DNA of 64,000 nt from a virus. The notes below the pieces were generated by a model that saw only the letters and a list, made by a program, of their open reading frames with translations, was not told the DNA's origin and searched no databases. Below are positions 38,113 to 48,200 of this stretch, one piece after another. The position numbers were made by a program, and so were the translations under genes. The stretch spans positions 100,668 to 164,667 of the IMG/VR virus record IMGVR_UViG_3300037333_000013, one strand, 5' to 3'. The stretch's first letter is position 1. Each line of letters opens with the position of its first letter.

Positions 38113-39340
38113 TGTATATTTCCATATTATCCACAACCATATCAGTAATCATCTCCATCAATGCAACATTTGCCAATGACTGCATATCAATTTCTGGTGT
38201 CTCTCTGCGATAGTGCTCGATATACTTTACGAATGTCCCAAAGTCATAGTTCTCTAATAGCTTTGACATGATGAACGTCACAATGGGTTTAATCTTTGCA
38301 ATATCAACCGTGTGCATCGGTGCAATGAGTCTATGAAATTCAATCTTCATATTCTTGTTTGTATAGGCAAATGAGATATCTTCTTTCTGGTCTGCAAAGA
38401 GTCTATCAATGAGTTCTAAATATGCCTTTGTATAAATACCTCTTGATGAAGAGAGTCTAGACATATTGATAGTCGTCTCTGCCTCTTTAAATGCTTGTAA
38501 GAGTGGTGACTTGAACTCTAGGATACGTTTAATAGACTTTGGTCTATCCTTTACGTAAGCTAGACCATATAACATTTCAATTTCACCACCACGACTATAA
38601 AACAAGCCTTTGAGTGCACCAACCACATAGATAGTATTGTCTCTAACGTCGATAAGGAGAATCTCATTTTCCATCATCTGTTCATACTTGTTGATATTCA
38701 TACGTAGTGCTTCAGTGACATTTGTTAACAGGGCATTTGTGTCGTGTTTATAATTGCTAACTGTTCCAAGAGAGCCACGCAATGGTTCAGATGCAACCAC
38801 ACACTTCATCAAGTAGAAGATATTTGTGAGCTTCTCTGTATTAGCACCAGTCTCTTTAAAGATACTGTCGCCTCGCATAATGCGGTTGACAGACGCAATC
38901 GTTTCATCAATCGTCTTCTTATCCATCAGAGATAGCTTCTCTTTAGCTACAACATCTCCGTTCAATGTGTTTACATCGAATGTGTCTGGTAGACTAGAAC
39001 TATGTGAGATAACAATATGTTGCATTTTGATACTGTTAGATACAAGCTCAACCATATCTTGGTCGTGTGATACATAGACAACACTTGGTATCGCTGTACG
39101 GTTATCCTTATTGAAAGCCTCTTCAGCATACGTCTTGACAAAATCGATACTGTCTCTTACCATAGCAAATCCATCATTCTTAATAAAGAAGAGCAATTCT
39201 GCATATGCTCTTGATGCTCTTTCAATAATTTCATCTCTCTCAGCTTTACTGTGACTAGCAATACCTGAGATATCGGCGTGGTTCTTAAATGCAAAGCGTC
39301 TACCATTACTCATCTGTTCGTGTATTAAGTTCTTTAACAT
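38105..39340 (-). CDS. Virion protein at the phiKZ gp177 position
   Basis: 411-aa ORF between vRNAP beta and the gp176-like gene; GGEIEMLYG motif. Confidence 0.55.
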   Translation of the reverse strand: MLKNLIHEQMSNGRRFAFKNHADISGIASHSKAERDEIIERASRAYAELLFFIKNDGFAMVRDSIDFVKTYAEEAFNKDNRTAIPSVVYVSHDQDMVELVSNSIKMQHIVISHSSSLPDTFDVNTLNGDVVAKEKLSLMDKKTIDETIASVNRIMRGDSIFKETGANTEKLTNIFYLMKCVVASEPLRGSLGTVSNYKHDTNALLTNVTEALRMNINKYEQMMENEILLIDVRDNTIYVVGALKGLFYSRGGEIEMLYGLAYVKDRPKSIKRILEFKSPLLQAFKEAETTINMSRLSSSRGIYTKAYLELIDRLFADQKEDISFAYTNKNMKIEFHRLIAPMHTVDIAKIKPIVTFIMSKLLENYDFGTFVKYIEHYRRETPEIDMQSLANVALMEMITDMVVDNMEIYNV

Positions 39341-39507
39341 TATAGTCCTTTTAGTCTATCAGAGATTTTAGCGTGTAATAAGAGCTGTACGCGTAATTTG
39401 TCTTTCTTGTCAGCATCTACCTTAATGTGTCTATCATCGAGATGCTCTCTCACTCCGTGGAGTATCGAAACGATACTCTCTGTGATGTTGTCAATACGTG
39501 TTACCAT
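39340..39507 (-). CDS. 55-aa protein MVTRIDNITESIVSILHG...RLKGL (not in the ORF track)
   Basis: AAAAGGA SD; stop overlaps the next ATG (TAATG); fills the gap in the operon. Confidence 0.7.
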   Translation of the reverse strand: MVTRIDNITESIVSILHGVREHLDDRHIKVDADKKDKLRVQLLLHAKISDRLKGL

Positions 39508-39531
39508 ATGTATTCCTTTTCATAAGTTCAG

Positions 39532-42500
39532 TTAAATTTTGTCTAGCTCAAGAATCTTCTCTGTTGCCACCATCAGTACTGTTGTTGTAGATGCGATGTC
39601 ATAGGGGGAGTTTACAATCCTCGCACCAATACTCCTATCACTGGTAGTATAATCTACTCTTCTTCCATCAGCTGTTTCAATTCTATCTGCCACTTCACCA
39701 ATCGTCATCTTTAGTTGGTTCATCGCAATAGCTTTGTCACCGACATTCATGCCATTCTTCTTCTCTAAGAAGAACTTTATCTCTACTTGGTCTTCATCAA
39801 GTGGTCTGGCTTTAATAGAGTATGTATGGTCTACCTTTCCAGTAAACCCTTTCTCCTCTATCATCATTTTATCTATCTCTTCGATAAACTTTCTGATACT
39901 AGGACTCATCTCTTTTTGTTCGGCTCTGTAATAGACTTCAATATTTATCACAACCCCCTTTGCTTCAGAACGTAATGCATTGTTATCTAAAGAAGCAATA
40001 AACTCTTTACCATCTTTAGAGTTTAGTGTACCGTCATCAAATCCATTGTTGTTTACAAAGTCAATGAGTGTATCTCCAAACGATATCTTATCACCGACAG
40101 AGGACACAAACTTCAATTTGCAGTCAATTGGTATAGTATATGAGAAAACCGATGTTAAGTTTGTCACAAACTTCTTAGCATACTCTCTATCAATCGTGGC
40201 AGAATCTTCGTATGTCTCTTGGTTCTCATTGAGTGCTACTAAGCAGGTATCTCCACCCTTATAGACTACCGTTTTGTCGTCAAAGATATCAACACCAAAG
40301 AATGCGGTATCATAGTAGATAAAATCGTACAGTTTGAGTTTATCTCCTTTCTTTAATGGTGTTACCAATGTATGTTTATACGATAATCCACCTATCTCTT
40401 TCGTATTCCATGTGGCTAGTTTGTACCTCTTCTTCTTTCCACTTTTATACTTTACAGAGACATACTTATTAGAAACAGCTTCAACCACACCCTCTTCTGT
40501 CGCATAAGCTACGAACTTTTTACCCATCCTATACGGTATAAGCAATTCATAACCAGTCCCAACTGGCCATACACGTTGTGTCTCCGTTGGAACGACAGAA
40601 CTGTTTTGTACAGAGATGTATAATTGCCTTTTGTTGTCATCTTTATCTGCATATGGGAATGCTAACATACTACTACTCACGATGTTTGAGATAGAGAGTT
40701 CATTGTGTTCTTTCATTACACCAAACATATTATCCATCTTAGAACTACCTGGTAGATATGTTGTGACACCTACTTGACCACTATCCTTTGTTGCCTCGCT
40801 GACATACCCCATACTACTCTTATCGAATACTCTGTCTCTTGATGCGATACTAGCTTTGTCTCTACCAAATTTACCTATTAATGTAATCTCTTCTTCTTGT
40901 TTTAACTTTGTGAATGGGTTTAAGTCATCTACTAAGGTAAATGTTCCATCTTCTGCGAGCATAGCTTTGAGTTCATATGGGTTAACAGTGAGCTTTGTCT
41001 TCACCATACCTGTTTTATGTTCGTTGTCTCGTACAGCTTTAGCCATAATGTGGTAGAGCATACCATTGAGTCTCTCGTGTCTACGCATCACTAACCCAGA
41101 AACATCATTCTGTTTCTTATGGAAGTCATCCTTTAACATATCGATACTTCGATAGAGTAATCCGACAAATGTTGTGGGTTCTTTCATTCTCTTTAGTAAG
41201 TCATATGTCATAGGGTCTACCCATAAACGTTTCATCAGGGACAACTCTGTGAAGAGTCTTCTACTATTGATATTCATATTGTTCACAACATCAATCATAC
41301 CACTCTCACTATTCATAGCATCAAAAGTGTAGTACTTTAGGTCATTCATAGAGAGTAATCCACCAATGACAATATCATACCAATCACTTTCGATAATGAG
41401 TTTCCTATCTTTAAAACGTAAGACGTATTCCTTCTCTGTTGGTGTGTATCGTTCTCTTTCACCAATGGATTTATAACGTACTTTCAGAGTTTTCATCAGT
41501 GACGTTATACCATCATAGTATGATAAGATGATAGCCATTGGAATCGTCGTTCCCATAATCTTCATACTAGCATACTCTTTTGGTAAGTCTGCATAACGTA
41601 ACCCTATGAACGTAATGATATCGCCTAAATCTTCAGGTTTCTTATTTGTCACCTTAATGAGATGATTTGACATATTGATATAGTATGTACTCTTCCCATG
41701 TTGTGCTACGACGACACCGAACTTCTCATCAACATCTTTAAACTTATTCAGTCTCGTTTTGTAGTCAAATGATAATCCTATTCCTTTATACTTTAAGAGT
41801 TTTATCTTCCGACCTATGACTTGATACATATGAGGGAGTTTGACAGCCGCCACAGTACAAGTACCAACAATCATCAGACCAATGTTCTTGTCGCCATTAT
41901 CAACAGCTTTCTTCAACTGTTTATGTATGGCGATAGAGATATCCTCTCTTGATGAGATAACTTTAGAAATGAACGATTTGCTATAATAACTGTTTAATGC
42001 AACAGTGCTATATGAAATCTTCTTAATAGGGACATCTGCTTTCTGTCCAACCATAATCATCTCGTTACTATTTAACTTAAAAACTCCACCTTCGTCCATT
42101 GCAGGTACAATAATAGGTATCTTTATCTCTCTCCCTTTATTGTTAATGTAAGAGATGATATGGGTATCTTCAGCATATGCCACATCTCGCTTTTCTACTA
42201 CTTCGTGATTTGTCATCACCATACCAATACGAGCAAACTGATTAAAGACACGTTTCTGATGCTTCTTATACCCTTTCTCTAGGTACTGTTTAGCAAAGGC
42301 AGTATTTGTGTTTTTGAGCATCTCTTTATCCTTAATGATGATGGAGTCCGGATACTCTTCAATCATCAGATTTGCGTCTTCATCTGTGATAATATTTTCT
42401 TCTTCAATACGTTTACTCTCTTTGATAGACTCCATGACTTTATCAAAGTGTTTCTTTGTGATGATTCCCTTCTCTAGTTTCTCTTCTAAGAACTCTCTGG

Positions 42501-43545
42501 CATCTGCATCTATTCCTTTCTCTTCAGTTAGTATCTCTTCTAAGCTTTTCTCTTTCTCTGTAACGACACTCTCTTCAATAGTCACCTCTTTCTGTCTTTC
42601 ATTGTGGTCTTCAATCATTGTGTCAATATCGTCATTTACAGTACCACCAACACCTACATCGGTTGATGTATCTTTATCCAGCTCTTTCAATGTCTTTGTA
42701 GACCTTGTGGTAATTGTTAAAAGATAGTATAAGAATAACTTTATTGCTTGGTTCTCATCCACGCCCTTTACTTTGGATATAATATCATTCTCTTTATAAA
42801 GTGCGAAGAGATTTTGGATAGAACATACTGTGATAGAACCATTTAATCCAAAGATAAACTTTAAGTCAGACTCTTGGATATTGGTGATTCTATTAAAGAT
42901 AGATGTGTTATTATACTTAGAAGTGAGTTTCTTTATCATCTCTAGGATAAGTAGCATATCCTTGTCTTTTACGAGTTGTAGTGTCTTATAATTACTATAC
43001 TTGAGTGCTTCCTTAATAATAGCTAGTTTAGGGATGTACTTTGGTATTGGTACCGGAATATAGATAGTCCTGCTAGTAGCTCTATCTGGTTCAATTGACG
43101 CAGATAGGATAGTATTCAACAGGTTCATCTGTTTATCATACTCTTCACCACGATACTTTTGATACTTATATAAGTACTCCAATCGATAGAAGTCGAAGAC
43201 GATAGGAACACGTCTATCCACTAAGAACAACTTTCCTTTAGAAGAGACAAAATCAAATTGCTTCTCGGTATCCATCTTCTTTAATTTCTGTATCATTGCT
43301 GGTAACTCTAGTGAGAGACGTCTAAACTTTCCTGGCTTCTCTTTAAAGTACTTCATAATAGGAAGCACCTTTGGTTTATTCTTTACCTTTAAGAATAGAT
43401 TATTTCCAATATACTCTTTGTGATACCATAATACTGCACTGTTTATAGGCATCTCTAACTCTAAACTCTTTGTAACTCTAGGGTTTGTAAAGTCAGATAC
43501 TTTTCTCACACCAATGAGTCTCTCTAATTGTTCATATGTAAACAC
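39532..43545 (-). CDS. Virion RNA polymerase beta subunit, large fragment (phiKZ gp178-like)
   Basis: Beta motifs SEATKDSGQVG, DDNKR...Q...VP, ETYEDS and GDKA...NQLK. Confidence 0.9.
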   Translation of the reverse strand: MFTYEQLERLIGVRKVSDFTNPRVTKSLELEMPINSAVLWYHKEYIGNNLFLKVKNKPKVLPIMKYFKEKPGKFRRLSLELPAMIQKLKKMDTEKQFDFVSSKGKLFLVDRRVPIVFDFYRLEYLYKYQKYRGEEYDKQMNLLNTILSASIEPDRATSRTIYIPVPIPKYIPKLAIIKEALKYSNYKTLQLVKDKDMLLILEMIKKLTSKYNNTSIFNRITNIQESDLKFIFGLNGSITVCSIQNLFALYKENDIISKVKGVDENQAIKLFLYYLLTITTRSTKTLKELDKDTSTDVGVGGTVNDDIDTMIEDHNERQKEVTIEESVVTEKEKSLEEILTEEKGIDADAREFLEEKLEKGIITKKHFDKVMESIKESKRIEEENIITDEDANLMIEEYPDSIIIKDKEMLKNTNTAFAKQYLEKGYKKHQKRVFNQFARIGMVMTNHEVVEKRDVAYAEDTHIISYINNKGREIKIPIIVPAMDEGGVFKLNSNEMIMVGQKADVPIKKISYSTVALNSYYSKSFISKVISSREDISIAIHKQLKKAVDNGDKNIGLMIVGTCTVAAVKLPHMYQVIGRKIKLLKYKGIGLSFDYKTRLNKFKDVDEKFGVVVAQHGKSTYYINMSNHLIKVTNKKPEDLGDIITFIGLRYADLPKEYASMKIMGTTIPMAIILSYYDGITSLMKTLKVRYKSIGERERYTPTEKEYVLRFKDRKLIIESDWYDIVIGGLLSMNDLKYYTFDAMNSESGMIDVVNNMNINSRRLFTELSLMKRLWVDPMTYDLLKRMKEPTTFVGLLYRSIDMLKDDFHKKQNDVSGLVMRRHERLNGMLYHIMAKAVRDNEHKTGMVKTKLTVNPYELKAMLAEDGTFTLVDDLNPFTKLKQEEEITLIGKFGRDKASIASRDRVFDKSSMGYVSEATKDSGQVGVTTYLPGSSKMDNMFGVMKEHNELSISNIVSSSMLAFPYADKDDNKRQLYISVQNSSVVPTETQRVWPVGTGYELLIPYRMGKKFVAYATEEGVVEAVSNKYVSVKYKSGKKKRYKLATWNTKEIGGLSYKHTLVTPLKKGDKLKLYDFIYYDTAFFGVDIFDDKTVVYKGGDTCLVALNENQETYEDSATIDREYAKKFVTNLTSVFSYTIPIDCKLKFVSSVGDKISFGDTLIDFVNNNGFDDGTLNSKDGKEFIASLDNNALRSEAKGVVINIEVYYRAEQKEMSPSIRKFIEEIDKMMIEEKGFTGKVDHTYSIKARPLDEDQVEIKFFLEKKNGMNVGDKAIAMNQLKMTIGEVADRIETADGRRVDYTTSDRSIGARIVNSPYDIASTTTVLMVATEKILELDKI

Positions 43546-45146
43546 TATCTTCTCCTTGTCATAAATTGCATCACGTTCTTTAAAATTTTATCTCCGAAGT
43601 CCATAGCAGACGTACCATCCGGTTTTAAGTAAATTTCCCAACTATCAAAGAGTTTGTTTGTCTCATCGATGGACTCTTCCATTAAAGCAACTGTCAATGA
43701 CATCTGGTCACCATCTCTATCTGCACCAAGACCAGTCAATCTGAAGTGAGGAATGTTCATACCATTTATCCACTCATCTTCTTGTGATGGGTATTTTGGT
43801 ATCTCTAACTGTTTTCCAATGCCTTTGAATGTGAATGTCACAGGTCTTGTGTTTGTTGTGGTATGTACACCTACCTTTACAGGAACAACAGAGCCTTGTT
43901 CCGTTACTGGGTAACGTACCATAAACCCAGGTAACTGTTTTACCTTATCGTAGATAGAGACATAAAACATCTCACCATATGTGAGTGGTCTCATATACTT
44001 TTTATCGTCTTCAGGAATCATAGAGACATCTGGGTAGTAATCTATCTCTCTTCCTTTATCCACAATCACTGCCAAGTAGTAATCACCTATTCTTACTGGT
44101 TCATTGTTTACACTGGCGTCCATAAGCGTGTTCATAACTTTATCGAGACCATCATTTGTTACCCAAGTCTCTTGCATTTTGATACTGATAGGGACCTCTC
44201 TCTTTTTGAAATCTTTCGTTAATAAGAGTGCTGTTGAGATACCCTCTCTAAAGGCATTGCTGATAAAGTACTTTGTGATACTATGTTTTGTAATGGGGTC
44301 AATTGCCTTTACGTACTGCTTCAGACCAACATCACATGTGTCGATGATATCGATGTCTACTTTAGAGAGGTCATCGATTCTAATCGGCGTACCTGTAATG
44401 ACAGTCCTACTCCTAAACTCGACCGCCCTACTTGCCCAACTCCCTTGAATAAATCCACGTTTTCCTTGTTCTACGTTTAAGAAGTGTAAGTAAAGCTCAT
44501 GAACTTTCTTTTGTAAATTGTATCGGAATGCATCAGCATATTCTATATTAGAGATATTCTTTAAGAGTACAGCACTGTTAAAGACAGCACGATAGATATC
44601 ATTCACCTCATCTTCGACTAATTTCCCTTTACTGTCAATTTGGAAATCCCTCAGTCCAGCAGGTAATACCATTAGTTTATCGTTCAACAATGTTCCTCTA
44701 CCTAAGTACTTATAGATAGTATCTATCATATCTTGTCTCTCTTTAGAACCTGTCTCTCTAAACTTTACTTCGTGTAAGTGCTTCATAAAGAAGTAATATC
44801 CTGTCTCACCATCTTTAATATCAGAGAGTACAAAGTCTTTCTTTTTCTTATCAAAGATAGCAAATGCTTTACCAGAAAGTATCTTATCATATAGCATACC
44901 TAGTTTCGTAATATAAAAGTATATTCTAGGGTGAAGTATAGGGATATTTAAATCGATATATGCCCACGCATTCATACGCATCTCAGAACCAACAACACCG
45001 AAAATACGTTGCGAGTATAAACCATCTTCATCAATCTCTCTACCCATATTTGTAAATAAGTTAACGTTTGTGACTTCATTCATATATTGTACGTATTTCT
45101 TATTTGGGAAAAATAGCTCTATCTTTAATTCTCCAATATGTTCCAT
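43545..45146 (-). CDS. Virion RNA polymerase beta' catalytic fragment (phiKZ gp180-like)
   Basis: DGLYSQRIFG, YIDL..PILHP, VLPAGLRD, GKRGFI, RTVI, RYP and catalytic ADRDGDQM. Confidence 0.92.
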   Translation of the reverse strand: MEHIGELKIELFFPNKKYVQYMNEVTNVNLFTNMGREIDEDGLYSQRIFGVVGSEMRMNAWAYIDLNIPILHPRIYFYITKLGMLYDKILSGKAFAIFDKKKKDFVLSDIKDGETGYYFFMKHLHEVKFRETGSKERQDMIDTIYKYLGRGTLLNDKLMVLPAGLRDFQIDSKGKLVEDEVNDIYRAVFNSAVLLKNISNIEYADAFRYNLQKKVHELYLHFLNVEQGKRGFIQGSWASRAVEFRSRTVITGTPIRIDDLSKVDIDIIDTCDVGLKQYVKAIDPITKHSITKYFISNAFREGISTALLLTKDFKKREVPISIKMQETWVTNDGLDKVMNTLMDASVNNEPVRIGDYYLAVIVDKGREIDYYPDVSMIPEDDKKYMRPLTYGEMFYVSIYDKVKQLPGFMVRYPVTEQGSVVPVKVGVHTTTNTRPVTFTFKGIGKQLEIPKYPSQEDEWINGMNIPHFRLTGLGADRDGDQMSLTVALMEESIDETNKLFDSWEIYLKPDGTSAMDFGDKILKNVMQFMTRRR

Positions 45147-45226
45147 TGTTTTCCTTTGTCAATTAGTCATTGAAACCATCTCTGTCATTGGTTTTTTCTG
45201 ACATATACTTACATAAAGGACATAAA

Positions 45227-48200
45227 ATGGCAGATGATTTTGACTTTCCAGATGATTTTGATATTGATGATGATGGGTCTGGTGACTTAGGAGATGGTCG
45301 AGAACCAGTAAACTCCACTGCCGGAAATATAAAGACAACGTTTATATCGAAGATAACTGGTGAAGGGAATACAATCAAAGACAAAGCGATGAACAATGCT
45401 TTAGATGCGATTGATAGGGGGATACCCGCGTTGGCAGGAGACGAACGTGGTGGTGAAATAAAAGATGCTATCTCTGACGTGCGTAGTGAGATAGACAATG
45501 CTAAAGATGAGATGGTCAAAGGGACAGAACCACTTTTAAAAACCATTAAAGAGATAGCACCAAATGACGGAATTATCTCTAAAATAACAGATAAGTTTGC
45601 ATCGCTCATTGGTGCAGACATTGAGAAGAAACGTGGTTCGAGTGGACCGAATGAAGATAAGCTAATTGCTGATAGTATATCTGGGACGATGGGTGACTTC
45701 ACCGATAGGTTAGAAGAGTCAAATACAAAACTAGCAGCACTAACAGCATCTATCACAGATGAGAACTTAAAGAAGATAAACGAAACAATTATTAATGGTA
45801 ATGTGACACAACTACAAGCTATCAGTATGAACAACAAGTTCTACCGTGAGTCACTACGTCTAGGATTTAAGCAACTCTACGAACTCAAGTCTATCAATAA
45901 GAACCAAGCTGAGATAGCAAAAGATATGGTGAAGAAGCTCGATGCAGTGATTCACAATACAGCACTACCAGATGGATTAAAGATGCAGACAACAGAGGCT
46001 ATCGCCATGCAGATGAAGATGTCAGCAGGAGAATCACTCTATAACAATATCTTTAGTGGAAACAACTGGGTAGATGACGTTAAACGTAACACAAAACGGA
46101 AACTCTCTAATATTACATCTGCTGTATTAGATGGCATCGGAATGGGTCAGATGGGTGCTGATGCGATTGTTGACATTAATGACATGAATGACCCGGAGAT
46201 GTTAGCGATGATGAGTCCTGCTGAACGTGCCGTTGCAACGAAAGAAGGAATGGCTACTACGATGGCTACAGAGAGAGTACGTGGTGGTCTTCTTGGTATG
46301 GCCGCAAATAAACTGTCTAAAACAAAGTTAGGTAAGAAAGTACGTTACCATTCAGACAAGTTCTTCTCAAACCCATACGATACATTAAAACATAAAGCGA
46401 ATACCTCTGATTCTGACTTTGCATCAGGTACATATAACTTCTTGGCATCTCTATTCAAGACAGAGACAGGTAACTACGATACAAAAGCATATGAGGATAA
46501 GAAGAACCTATCCGGACTAGCAACATTTGATAATAGAACATATGAGACGATTAACAAAGTCCTACCAGAATATTTGTCATTACAGTTATTAGAGTTAAAA
46601 AAGCTCAATGGTGATAAGAATGCGAAGCAACAGAAGTACTACTATTTAGAGTCAAAGATGATGACAAACGATGATGCTTTGAGTAACTTAAAAACAGACC
46701 TGACAGATAAGTATAAAGAGGATAATGTCAATGTGAAGTTCAGAAGTGTTGTGAACGGGCTAGAAGCACTCTCTGGTGAGAAACTCACCACTGATGAGAA
46801 ACGTAAGTTTGTAGAGTCTATGGCAAAGTATGATGGTAAGATATCAATAGACCATATTGATACACAGATAAATAAAGAAGATGGTCTCTTTTCAGACTTG
46901 TCGGCTGAAGAGAAGAAGAAGTTCTCTACTATCATTAAGAAAGCTGGTGAGACAGAGTTTGAAACAACAGACGAGAACGGAAAGAAAGTAAAGGCAATAG
47001 ACTCAGAGAGACGATATGAAGCAGACAGTTTACTTTCAGCATTTAATGCTTCTAAGTTAGAGTCTACGAAAAAGATTACCTCTCTAATAGAAGATGGATT
47101 TGCAGATAACCTGATAGGGTCTGGTATTGTGACATATGATAAGCGTACGCGTGTGTATAGTATTGATTGGGATAACTATAAGAAGTTCAATGTCGATGCA
47201 ATGTTAGATGCCTATGATGATACTGAAGTGGTTATTACAAATGAGGACAGAGAGCGTGCAAACATCTCTAATGAGTCACGCGTCGTAAAAGACCAATTCG
47301 AAGAGAAGTTATCAAAGTATTATAAGTCTACAAAAGACTTTGTGAAAGACAAGAAGCTTGATGTATACTTTAAAGATAAGATAGGTATCGTCAAAGGTGA
47401 AGTCTCATCTCTTGTATCAAAGTTAGATAAGAATCTATCACAATATGAGAAGTACAATATTGCTGTCGGATATATTGAGAAGAAATATGACGTTGCTAAG
47501 AAAGAGTACCAAAGATTAGAAGGAGAACTCAGAGCAACAAAAGATGATGTAGAAGCAAAAGGCATTAAAGCAAAACTAGAGATACTCAAGACAACGATTA
47601 CTGATATAGCAAAAGAGAAGACACACTACGAGTCACTCAAGCAGAAAGCAGAGGTTGCGAAAGAGTATATCAAAGAGAATGACGTCTACACATTTGAGAA
47701 AGATGTTATCAATACATCTAAAACACTCTATGAGAAAGGTGGTGAATTAGCAAAAGACAAAGAGCTTGACTTACTATTTGAAGATATCAAGAAGCTAGGA
47801 AAGTTCTCTAAAGATAAGGGACAAGCTGTATACAAGAGTCTAAAAGGCAAGGTAGAAGATACCGAGGCATACCAAACCGTTGAATCATTCTATACAACAA
47901 AGATTAAAGTACTCGTTGATGAAGAGGAGAAGTTACAGAAGCTCATTGATAGTATACCAGACTCAAAGAGAAAGAAGAAGTACTTAAAGAAACTCAATGA
48001 GCTAAGGAAGTCAACAGAGAAGCTCGTTAAAGAGAGAAACAAGAAGTTAAAGTCATTTACATTTAAAGATGCGAAAGAGCGTATTGCGTCTGGTGTCGAT
48101 GCAATGAAAGACCTCAAGTACTCTGACATTAAGAATGGTACAGCAGACCTTACAGGTAAAGTAGGAAGTAAGTACCAGGAAGAGAAGAAGAAAGAGGGTT

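Noticed and set aside
9688-45146. Introns or inteins in nrdA, terminase or RNAP genes
   Set aside because: ORFs are continuous and of expected size, with no obvious intein or LAGLIDADG motifs
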